Positions 34,601 to 47,469 are shown, counted from the first letter of the stretch. The stretch is DNA of 64,000 bases from Octopus sinensis (GCF_006345805.1 NC_043000.1:8866001-8930000); one strand, 5' to 3'. Numbers and translations: made by a program. Notes: generated by a model not told the origin, from the sequence alone.

Positions 34601-37454
34601 CATTGTGATTTGGATCATTACTCAAACGCACAATGAGTAACGATCCCTTGTGATTTGGATCATTACTCAAACACACAATGAGTAACGATCCATTGTGATT
34701 TGGATCATTACTCAAACGTACAACGAGTAATGATCCATTGTGATTTGGATCATTACTCAAACGCACAATGAGTAACGATCCATTGTGATTTGGATCATTA
34801 CTCAAACGCGCAATGACTAATGTTCCATTGTGATTTGGATCATTACTCAAACGTACAACGAGTAATGATCCATAGTGATTTGGATCATTACTCAAACGCG
34901 CAATGAGTAACGATCAATTGTGATTTGGATCATTACTCAAACGCACAATGAGTAATGATCCATTGTGATTTGGATCATTACTCAAACGTACAACGAGTAA
35001 TGATCCATTGTGATTTGGATCATTACTCAAACGCACAAAGAGTAACGATCCATTGTGTTTTGGATCATTACTCAAACGCGCAATGAGTAACGATCCATTG
35101 TTATTTGGATCGTTACTCAAATGCACAATGAGTGATGATCCATTGTGATTTGGATCATTACTCAAACGCGCAATGAGTAACGATCCATTGTGATTTGGAT
35201 CGTTACTCAAACGCGCAATGAGTAATGATCCATTGTTATTTGGATCATTACTCAAACGCACAATGAGTAACGATCCATTGTGATTTGGATCATTGCTCAA
35301 ACTCGCAATGAGAAACGATCCATTATGATTTGGATCATTACTCAAACGTACACCGAGTAATGATCCATTGTGATTTGGATCATTATTCAAACGCACAATG
35401 AGTAACGATCCAGTGTGATTTGGATCATTACTCAACCGCGCAATGAGTAATGTTCCATTGTGATTTCGATCATTACTCAAACGTACAACGAGTAATGATC
35501 CATTGTGATTTGGATCATTACTCAAAGTGCAATGAGTAACGATCCATTGTGATTTGGATCATTACTCAAACGTACGAGTAATGATCCATTGTGATTTGGA
35601 TCATTACTCAAACGCACAATGAGTAATGATCCATTGTGATTTGGATCATTACTCAAATGCACAATGAGTAACAACCATTGTGATTTGGATCATTACTCAA
35701 ACGCGCAATGAGTATCGATCCATTGTGATTTGGATCATTACTCAAACGTACACGAGTAATGATCCATTGTGATTTGGATCATTACTGAAACGCCACATGA
35801 GTAACGATCCATTGTGATTTGGATCATACTCAAACGCGCAATGAGTAACGATCCATTGTGATTTGGATCGTTACTCAAACGCGCAATGAGTAATGATCCA
35901 TTGTGATTTGGATCATTACTCAAACGCACAATGAGTAACGATCCATTGTGATTTGGATCATTACTCAAACGCGCAATGAGTAAGGATCCATTGTGATTTG
36001 GATCGTTACTCAAATGCACAATGAGTGATGATCCATTGTGATTTGGATTATTACTCAAACGCGCAATGAGTAACGATCCATTGTGATATGGATCATTACT
36101 CAAACGCGCAATGAGTAATGATCCATTGTGATTTGGATCGTTACGCAAACGCGCAATGAGTAATGATCCATTGTGATTTGGATCATTACTCAAACGCACA
36201 ATGAGTAACGATCCATTGTGATTTGGATCATTACTCAAACGTACAACGAGTAATGATCCATTGTGATTTGGATCATTACTCAAACGCACAATGAGTAACG
36301 ATCCATTGTGATTTGGATCATTACTCAAACGTACGAGTAAAGATCCATTGTGATTTGGATCATTACTCAAACGCACAATGAGTAACGATCCATTGTGATT
36401 TGGATCATTACTCAAACGCACAATGAGTAATGATCCATTGTGATTTGGATCATTACTCAAACGCACAATGAGTAATGATCCATTGTGATTTGGATCATTA
36501 CTCAAACGCACAATTAGTAACGATCCATTGTGATTTGGATCATTACTCAAACGCGCAATGAGTAATGATCCATTGTGTATTGGATCGTTACTCAAATGCG
36601 CAATGAATATTGATCCATTGTGATTTGGATCATTACTCAAACGCACAATGAGTAACGATCCATTGTGATTTGGATCATTACTCAAACGCGCAATGAGTAC
36701 TGATCCATTGTGATTTGGATCATTACTCAAACGCGCAATGAGTAATTATCCATTGTGATTTGGATCGTTACTCAAACGCGCAATGAGTAATGATCCATTG
36801 TGATTTGGATCGTTACTCAAACGCGCAATGAGCAATGATCCATTGTGATTTGGATCATTACTCAAACGCACAATGAGGAATGATCCATTGTGATTTGGAT
36901 CGTTACTCAAACGCACAATGAGTAATGATCCATTGTGATTGGGATCGTTACTCAAACGCACAATGAGTAATGATCCATTGTTTTTTGGATCGTTACTCAA
37001 ACGCGCAATTATTAACGATCCATTGTGATTTGGATCGTTACTCAAACGCGCAATGAGTAATGATCCATTGTGATTTGGATCGTTACTCAAACGCACAATG
37101 AGTAATGATCCATTGTGATTAGGATCGTTACTCAAACGCACAATGAGTAACGATCCATTGTGATTTGGATCGTTACTCAAACGCACAATGAGTAATGTAA
37201 TTGATGATTGTGATTGGATCGTTACTCAAACGCACAATGAGTAATGATCCATCGTGATTTGGATCGTTACTCAAACGCACAATGAGTAACGATCCATTGT
37301 GATTTGGATCGTTACTCAAACGCACAATGAGTAATGATCCATTGTGATTTGGATCGTTACTCAAACGCGCAATGATTAACGATCCATTGTGATTTGGATC
37401 GTTACTCAAACGCACAATGTGTAATGATCCATTGTGATTTGGATCGTTACTCAT
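31626..37454 (-). repeat. 45-bp tandem array (about 129 units) with internal dyad symmetry; minus strand open as a 15-aa repeat (RLSNDPNHNGSLLI[V/A])
   Basis: Consensus + strand TGGATC(A/G)TTACTCA-AACGC(A/G)CAA-TGAGTAA(C/T)GATCCA-TTGTGATT. ORF segments of 93, 146, 330, 203, 607 and 477 aa. Confidence 0.95.
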
Positions 37455-40400
37455 CGTACGTTTGTGTTGAAACGTTCGTCATGAATGGTGGAGCCTGAAG
37501 GTATTTTTGTCGTACCTTGTATAAAATACTTTTCAAAAAGAACAATTCGCCGAAGATTGGGGACTTTGATAGCCATAATAAATATTCTTTCGTATGAAAA
37601 AGTTAGTTATGAACACATGAACACAGATGAAGAAGTTAACTCCTGGACAGAAGACAAGCGACTTAATTGAATTTATAATGCTAAACAAGAAATTCGTTTA
37701 ACAGCAGACACTGGAAATGTAGATGCGAGTTGGATTTAGCGTGTGCTAGAATTGGATGGCCGTAATAAGCTAGAGGTTAGTCTTGGATCTAATTCCCAGA
37801 AACCCAATATCGCCCCTAAACCCAACTCTGTTTTGAGACTGGTATCAATAATCTAAAATGTGAAAATGTAATAGCTCATGAATTTATCATTAAGGAGTTA
37901 AATATTTTGTATCCGGAGTAAGACTATGGCTGTTCAAAAACTTTAACAATCACCTCCTTTACACATAAAATATATAAAATATGGAGTAAAGCCAAGATAA
38001 TTTTCTCGCTTTAAATTTATCATCAACACATAACAAGGATTTCCCACTGTATATTTGAATTTAAGATGTTTACAATTTACTTCTAAATTAATAATTAGGT
38101 CGTTAATTAAATGATGTCAAGTTAATTTTACTCTATCTCGTTCCTTTTATTTTTATCGATTAGAATTATTACTGGATTCAATAAAATGAGAACCACTCAA
38201 GTTCTGAAACAGATTTAATCAACCGGTCATCCTTCCTACTCAAATTTTATGACTATGAATCGCTCTACTTAATCCAAAGCGGAGTGTAACCACCATATAG
38301 CCCTTACCTTAGCTGAACACACTCTGCCTTTTCTTTGCACTCATGCCAGGTCTCCGGTCTGAAGATTTCCTCCTTTCCTTTCCCCCAGTTACGAAATTCT
38401 TGGAAAATGCTATGGGTCCTGCCTTTCCTACTCTGAGGAAGTCAAGTCACATAAAAAGAAATCACGCTTTTGAAACCATAGTAGAAACCGTCTTAAACTG
38501 ACGCTTCCCGACTGATTTATCTCCTTTGTCATTCTAACAAACTTCTAACAGAATCTTACTCGATATTGAGGAGCCCCTTATCAAAAGACGAGATGGATTC
38601 TTTCTTGGTATACCAACAAGGAACGAATGCAAAGTTAAATATTTTAGGATGCATAACAAATTCTGAACACTTTCAAAATTCCTAATATTTTCTGTTATTA
38701 GACCATACTCTGAAGTTCAAGTAACAAATAATCTAAGGGTTGCAGTAAAATATTCTTCAAAAACTAAATACTTCCCTAAAACTGAAGAATTTGACCTTAA
38801 ACATTAACATTGTTGGCTCTATACTACTCGACTGAAGAATATGCATGCCTATTTTAGGCTAGATTTTCAAACAAGATTTTTGGCAACGGTTCTCAACGAG
38901 ACACCGATATATGACTGGTTGTTTCAAGGCTACTAATATAAATAATCTTTGTGTTAGAAGGCATTACTCTATCTGAGAGATGTTGCCAGCAGAGCAGAAA
39001 AACAAATCCAGATGTCTGATGAAAGATATGTATTATATGGATATTTGCAAACACAAGAATACATTAAAATCACAAAAGAGTTTCATCATATCTACCACCT
39101 TTTTTGCAATTTCCATAGTTTAGTTTTTTGGCTATATCCACATGATGAAATGTTTTACTTCATAAAATGTTTAATAAATAAATCAGTAGTAATATCATGC
39201 AGCTGATTTCTAAAAAGAATGATATAGTGCTCTACTGGATTACCACCGACTAAAAATTCTAAGCGTTTCGTAATAAGTAAACGAAATTAAATACTTGGAT
39301 TCTTTTCATCTTTTTCCTTATAATGCATTAATTTCAATTTCAAAATTCTAATCACGCCAAATATCAATAAGAAATTATCATTCCTCTTATAATAACTACG
39401 TTTACAAAAGGATAGCACGGAATAATATATATTCTACCGTTATAAAAAATGCAAGTAACAGAAAATATATCAAAGGTTTCGAAATTCACATTGTGGAGTG
39501 ATTGCTTTAGGCCCTCTACCATTAATACACGTTATCTCTTGGTTGACATTGCTCCAATACGTGGATAGATTGACAAGCAAAGCGAAAAAACATAAGAAGT
39601 TTAATGAAAAGCACCAGTATTTATTATTGTTGCTTAGTCCCAGGTCAGCTCTGATTATCAAAAGAGCAACTCTATTGTCAAAAGCGTTCCAGCCGTAAGT
39701 AAACATGCCGTATTTTTTCCCTTTATGCAAAGAACCCAGAACTACACTAAAGCATCGATAGTTATTGTCATTTTTGTTTACCACCGAGTTAGTCCCGATC
39801 AAGCAGACGAGAAACCATATTGGCTGGCAAAAAAGTCTTCCATCCATGAACAGCGTGTATTTTTGAATATGCAAAGAACACAGGACTACATTATCTGGCG
39901 TGAAATTTGAGAGATTTGGCTGCTATTTCCAGATCGATCGTGTGTATGTATTTATTCGTCAATGTTGATTCATTGCTTATGACAAGAATGGAAAAAATAT
40001 AAACACTAACTATAAATAAATAAACAGAATGTATGTTTAAAAATTATAACAACAGCAGAAGCAACAGCAGTAGCAGTCGCAGTAGCAGCAGCAGCAGTGG
40101 CAGCAGAAAGGAGAGCATTGTTAACGGGCAATAATAATATACATGAACACTCAGTAAAAATCCACGCTCATATTCGTTTGCACTCCGTCATTGCAAGTGT
40201 GTTCTTGCACAGCAATTAAACCTTCTCAGAATCTCCTTATGGTTTTTAATGGCCACCGAATGACAAAAGAACCAAACCGTATTCGGTGCGAGGGGTGGGA
40301 TAGAAAGTTTGGACTTCAGTATTGATCTTAATTATGACTATTACGATGATCATGGTGGTGATAAGAGTGGTAGTGATGGAGATGGCGGTGGTGGTGGTGG

Positions 40401-40714
40401 TGGTATTAATGTTGACGATCTCGGAGTTGGGGTGAGAAGTAGGCAGCACGAAAATAAACGCAATTAAATCTTTTCACTGCCAGCAAGACATGTTGGCATT
40501 ATTAATTCAATGTTTGTTCGATCAACGAAGACGTCCAGTTCGAAATTAGTTCCTTATTGGGCAACTTTCATTGGTTGATTGGTTGTATCATCGTATGGCC
40601 AACGATGTTGACAAGTTCTTTCTTTCTTTATTTATTTCTTCCTTCTCTTTTCTTCTCTTCTTTCTTTCCTTATTTCTTCTTCTTCTTCATTTTTGCATAC
40701 TTACATATACATAT

Positions 40715-40778
<64 letters not shown>

Positions 40779-40780
<2 letters not shown>

Positions 40781-41000
40781 CGCAATGGCCTAGTGGTTAG
40801 GGCAGCGGACTCGCGGTCGCAGGATCGCGGTTTCGATTCTCAGACTGGGCGTTGTGTGTGTTTATGAGCGAAAACACCTAAAAGCTCTACGAGGCTCCGG
40901 CAGGGGGTGGTGATCCTGCTGTACTCTTTCACCACAATGGCGGTGCCCCAGCATGGCCACAGCTCAAGAGCTGAAACTGGAAAAACAAAAAAACAAAAAA
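40779..41000 (+). mobile_element. tRNA-derived SINE family D head fused to a family C-like tail
   Basis: A box TGGCCTAGTGG and B box GGTTTCGATTC. The head is nearly identical to the 56372-56675 copy; the tail gtgccccagcatggccacagctc..gctgaaac matches the family C tail at 46742-46775. Confidence 0.8.
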
Positions 41001-41249
41001 ATATATATATATATATATATTCAAATTCAAATTACGATTGACATAAACAAACAAATGAGGTTTGCTTTAGAAGCGTTGAGATGTCGTAGAAAGTTAAAGA
41101 AGTGATTTTAAATTCTCAAATGCAGGATAATGCTAATAATATAGCCTGAACAGAATAAGCCACCCCTATTTTGCAGAAAAAAGTGTTGGCGGCCGGCTAT
41201 GCTACTCCCATATATATTTATTTATATGTATATATATTATTCTTTTATT

Positions 41250-41622
41250 CTTTTATTTGTTTCAGTCATTTGTACGGGAGCACAGCCTTTAGTCGAACAA
41301 ACCTACCAGAGGACTTATTCTTTGTAAGACTAGTACTTGTTCTGCCAGTCTCTTATTGCCGAAACGCGAAGTTACGGGGACGTAAACACACCAACATCGG
41401 TTATCGCGCGAATGTGGGAGGAAAAACACAGAAACACGAACATATACATATATATACGACGGGCTTCTTTCCGTTTCCATCTATCAAATCCACTCAGAAG
41501 TCTTTGGTCGGCCGGAGGCTATAGTAGAAGACACTTGCTCAAGGTGCCACGCAGTGGGATTGAACTCAGAGCCATGTGGGTGGTTAGCAAGCTCCTTACC
41601 ACACACCCACACCTGCACCTAT
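41250..41622 (-). mobile_element. SINE family C
   Basis: Colinear with 8898-9272. Confidence 0.88.
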
Positions 41623-43234
41623 ACATACATACATATTTATATATGTATATATATACATTATATATATGCATATATGTATATAAATATATATGTATATATA
41701 TATATGTATATGTATGTATATATATGTATATATATATATGTATGTATGTATATATATGTATATATATGTGTGCATATATATATGTATGTATATATATGTA
41801 TATATATATATATATGTGTGTGTATGTATATATATATATATACAAATACACACACATATATATGTATATATATATAAAACAATTTAGTTACGTGCTAAAT
41901 AACCACCTAAGTGATATTAAATATCCGAAGAATTTACTGGGGTTTTTTTTACCTATATAAATAACAATGTTATGAAATATCGCTCTTAACAAAAAGGTAA
42001 ATAAAAAAAAATAATCATACAGTTTATCAATATATAAATATGAATTAGAAATGGAAACCAAGACTATAAATTGAACAATTAAGTAATTTAATCATTAAAT
42101 GATAAATTCAATTCAATTTTATACTAACAAATTACAGCTGTTTCAACACCATTAATAAAAACAAGTTTTTAAAGAATAATAAAATACCGTTTAAATATAA
42201 TGAAATTTCATCAGATAGATATAGATCTCATGAAAGATAGCAACTCAACATTTTTGTAACTGCTAACGCTTTTTGAGAGCGAGCTTAATCATAACTAAAT
42301 AATCTAACTGAAATTTCGTAAACTCGTAAATTTAAATCTATTAGTATCTAGTTCTATAACCGATTTTGTTGCATAATACACACATTCATATAGACATATT
42401 TATATATGCACACGTACACCTATTCATTTACGTATATATACAGACACATACATGTACGTATACATACATGCATATTCACATACACACGTTTACTTATTCA
42501 TCTATATATACAATATGCATACAAATACAATTTCATATACACATGTATATATGTTTATGGTAAAACATTAGTTTATATATTAATTCAAATCTAAATAAAA
42601 GAATTTATAACATAAATCCAACTTACAATTTATTCAAGTTATAGTTTAAAGTAAATACAGGAGAGATAACTATTTTTCCATTCTAAAAAAACATAACGAA
42701 AAACGAAACCATATCGATACGAACAATGAAAAACAATTTGAATACAAGAAAACCAAAGTAATACAAATACAAACGAAATGTCCCAAATACGAACAACGAG
42801 TCAAAATAACTAATTAAACAAAATAAACACGCTATATCTTCATATATACCACATTATTCATTCACTCACATACATATATATATACATATATATATCGATA
42901 CATATAAAGAAAACGAAAAACGAAACCGACTGTATAAGAAAATAAGATCTATCCATACATCAAAACCGAAGTAATACCAATAGAAACGAAATGTCACAAA
43001 TGCGAACATCGAGCCAAACAACAAGTTAAACGAAATTATACACGTTATATCATCATGTATATTATATTATGGGTAGCTATGTGGATGCATTAGTATGCAC
43101 ATATATATATATATCTATACCTCTTCACATATATGAATAAACAAATAAATAAACACATATACACAGGCATACATATGTACATATATACATATACACACAC
43201 ACACATATACAAATACATATACACACATATACAA

Positions 43235-43302
<68 letters not shown>

Positions 43303-43459
43303 ACTTTATATATAGGGACCTACATATATCTTCATTAAGTTTATATTTACATACATCTAGAATGAGGAAATGTTAATTCCTTAAGATCTATTTATAATCT
43401 TAATTATAAAAGTTTTATATTTGCTTTAGATAATAGTTAAAGTTATCTGTTGTAATGTA

Positions 43460-43675
43460 TCAATATAGCAGCCTATTAATTATAACAATATAAAAAAATC
43501 GTTTATATCTAGTAAATACAGATTTATTTTTATGTAGGCAAGAATTATATTTTTCATCCCTCAGATTAAATAACGGAAATTTATATATATACAAATTCCG
43601 CCAGGAAATACCGGATAGACCACTTACACCTGGACACATCTCATCCAATAACAACTCACTGTTTGAGTGGCCCAT
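43460..43675 (-). pseudogene. Possible decayed PLE GIY-YIG C-terminal remnant
   Basis: ...FNLRDEKYNSCLHKNK resembles the L.E..YI..H.P.LN end of PLE ORFs. It lies among (TA)n tracts and next to family E. Confidence 0.3.
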
Positions 43676-43733
43676 AGTGACCCGAAATAATTAACTAAAA
43701 GACTTTTCCAGGTTGTGCTATTGAGTTATATAT

Positions 43734-43793
<60 letters not shown>

Positions 43794-43894
43794 CAAAAAT
43801 GTACAGGTGTCGATTCATTACGGCCGTTTCAAGCGGCTCCTTTAATTGATTAATGAAAACATTACATTAATTTGAAAGGAACCGTTTTTTATGT

Positions 43895-44217
<323 letters not shown>

Positions 44218-45084
44218 GAGAGAGAGAGAGAGAGAGAGAGAGAAAATCTAGCTAGATAGATAGATATAAGTATGTGTGTATGTGCATGATAACATCATTA
44301 TCTCGCCCGATATTTCAGAAACTACTTCCGCTCTGCCCATTTCTGGGTAAGAGAGGTCAACCTGTTCGTCACCTCTTCTCAATTCTTATCCATCTGGAGG
44401 ACGGGACCAAACCTGATCCCGAGCAGTTTAACTGATCCGTCAGTCCAGCGTCAGACGACGCTTTCCGACGACATTGATCTGCCTCTGCAGTAATAATAAA
44501 TAATCCTATATACTATAAGTGTGTTTAATTTGTTCGCTGAACACGGCAGCGAATTCCCCCTTGTTTTTCAAATTTCCCCCTAAATCACAAAATAAGGCGG
44601 GGAAATCTGCCCTAGTTTTCTAATCCTGGTAGTAACACTGTAGCTGGAAGCAGGATAATAATCTAATTCTACACTTTATCATATACAAGAATATAAACAC
44701 ACTTTTAAGTACAACACATGCGGAGTAAAAAAGAAACACTACCTTTCACCAGTACACCAGGGTCGGCACTGCGTGAACCTAGCGTGCAGCTTCGTGTCTC
44801 AGACATGTAAGCAAGCGCACGACCAAACACCGCGTCACTGGAACTGTGAAGAGCACAGTTCTATACAAGGATTTTTGTACTTTTTTCATAAACTAGGAGA
44901 TGACTACTGACATTAAGATTAAGGATTATATAATGTGCAAGTATAAAGAAAGAAGTAAAGAGAAAAGGATTCATTGTATTGAACGTTATCGATAATATCG
45001 AGTAGAAATAGGGGGCGCTGCTATTCCGCAGTGCCTGTACACGAGCCGCCACTGCCCAGAACTTAAGCTTTTAAAAACCTGCTT

Positions 45085-45343
45085 TTATTCTGTCGGTTTC
45101 TTATACTGAACCGCTAAGTTACGGGTAATCAAACCAACACCGATTGTTAACAAATGCACACACACATAGATGTATACATATACATACGCGACGAGCTTCT
45201 TTCAGTTTCCGTCAACCAAATCCACTCAGAAGGCTTTGATCGGCCCGTCGCTATGGTAGAAAACACGTGAGCAAGGTTCCACGCGGTGGTATTGAACCCG
45301 GAACCATGTACTTGGGAAGCAAACGTCTTACCACACAGCCACT
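45085..45343 (-). mobile_element. SINE family C, partial
   Basis: ctttcagtttccgtc..ccaaatccactca..aaggcttt core. Confidence 0.8.
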
Positions 45344-46110
45344 AACTTATTTTGCACTTGACAATATAATGAACAGCAATTAATAGCTAATTAATATTTC
45401 ATCAGTTATCAATTGATAAATTGTTACGAAATAATTCTATAAAACATTTTTATTTTAAAAAACATTATCATTGCATAAACCGTTACATGTGGGTTTTTTG
45501 TGATAATTAGTAATTATTAGGGAAGCTTGTGTTGCACTAATCATAATATGGTCTCTCCCCTCCCCACACACTGGTACATCCACATACGCACATACTGCCA
45601 CACAAACACAAACATGTACACACATTTTCCAATACTCACACATAATTAGACCAACCAACCAGTAGTCACACAAACCATGCACACACACACACAGACATAC
45701 ACGCATGCATACATACATGCACCAACTTCAATACACAGAAACGCTCGCTCTCACACAGATACTCCCTGACACATGCATCATTCATGCATATATATGCATA
45801 CACCAAATATTTCCAATACACACACACACACATACACGAACTCACAATTCGAAATTCTCGCATGTGTACATGCACTCACTAACCTCAATACGCACATATA
45901 ATACACCCCCCCCCCCCACAGATACACAGAGACACATGCATCCTCTATACACATATACAACCCAACTGCAACCATACACAAACACACACACATATCACAC
46001 ACACACACACACTCACACATACTCCCACACACACACTCACACATACTCCCACACACACACTCACACATACTCCCACACACAAGCTCTTGAAAATTATTTT
46101 GGTGGTTAGA

Positions 46111-46790
46111 TATAGGCGCAGATGTGGCTGTGTGCTAGGGAGTTTGCTTCTGAACCATACGGTTCCTGTTTCAATCCCGCTGCAAGGCAGCTAAAGCAAG
46201 TATCTCTTACAGTAGTCCCGGGCCTACCGAAGCCATGTGGAGAGATTTGGTAGATGGAAACAGAAAGAAGCCCGTGTGTATTTATGTATGTGTGTGTGTG
46301 TATTTATATGTGTGTGTATCTATAAGTGTGTGTGTATCTGTGTGCGTATCTATGTGTGTGTGTGTATCTATATGAGTGTGTGTATCTATATGTGTGTATA
46401 TGTGTATCTATATGAGTGTCTGTAACTATGTGTGTGTGTGTATCTATGAGTGTGTGTATCTATTTGTGCGTATGTGTGTGTATCTATATGAGTGTGTGAA
46501 CTATGTCTGTGTGTATCTATATGACTGTGCGCATCTATGTGTGTGTGTATTTATATGTGGGTGTATCTATGTGTGTGTATCTGTGTGTTTATGTTTGTCC
46601 CCCTCCACCACCTCTTTACAATCGGTGTTGGCTTGTTTTTGTCCCCGTAACTTAGCCGTTCGGCAAAAGTGCCCGACAGGAAATGTGCCAAGCTTAAAAG
46701 ATAAGTGCTGGTTTCGAGTTGTTCGGTTAAAGACATTAATCAGTGCCCCAGCATGGTGGCAGTCCAATGATTGAAACAGTTCAAACAAAA
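46111..46790 (+). mobile_element. SINE family C with a roughly 330-bp expanded internal (TG/TA) microsatellite
   Basis: Head tataggcgcagatgtggctgtgtg, body to aagaagcccgt, the expansion, then tail ttagccgttcggcaaaag...ccccagcatgg. Confidence 0.85.
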
Positions 46791-46827
46791 TATAAAAGAC
46801 ATTTTGAATGTATTGTATGTATGTGTG

Positions 46828-46894
<67 letters not shown>

Positions 46895-47221
46895 GGTACT
46901 GTAAATTTAGGGTGAATACTTGATAAGTGTAAGCACCTGTATATGCCAGATAGTGGCAGAGGTGAAAGAGAATATATAAAATAAAATTAAAAACAGAACA
47001 CTAAGGATATCGAGGATATATATATATATATATATATATAAAGTAGTTGTATACTGTCAGCTTAATGTGACAGTCCCATGAAGGGAATAATACTACTGCT
47101 ATTTAGCCCTAGGAAGCAGCAAAGCTTCCTGTCAGCCTTGACACATTTCCTGTGTCCTTATGTTTACAAGGGGGAGATAAGCACCTTCACCCAGCTAAGC
47201 CTGCACTGGTTTCTGAGTCTT

Positions 47222-47310
47222 CACTCCTCATCAGTCTCCAACTAGTAGGCCACTCCTCATCAGTCTCCAACTAGTAGGCCACTCCTCATCAGTCTCCAAC
47301 TAGTAGGCCA
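47222..47310. repeat. 3 x 29-bp perfect tandem repeat carrying CTGATGA on the minus strand
   Basis: Unit cactcctcatcagtctccaactagtaggc. Confidence 0.9.
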
Positions 47311-47469
47311 TGCTACTCCAGACTGAACTAGTGTGTATGTTATTTTTTCTGTTCTGCATTGTTTGCCACAATTCTTTTAATTTGTTACATTCATTGGACT
47401 GCGGCCATGACGGGCTTTGAAGGACTTCGAAGCGTACATATATATGTATTTATATGTATTTACATATGT

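Noticed and set aside
31626-37454. CRISPR array interpretation of the 45-bp repeat
   Set aside because: The spacers are constant rather than unique, there are no cas genes, and the context is eukaryotic.
40779-40850. tRNA-Arg-like gene (also 56600-56675)
   Set aside because: A and B boxes are present, but the acceptor and anticodon stems do not pair and the sequence continues into a SINE body.
42696-43056. Diverged tandem pair of about 150 bp, A-rich
   Set aside because: Real but low-complexity, with no structural or coding signal.
47222-47310. CRISPR-like 29-bp repeats (also the 23-bp repeats at 62771 and 26-bp repeats at about 25790)
   Set aside because: Head-to-tail with no spacers.
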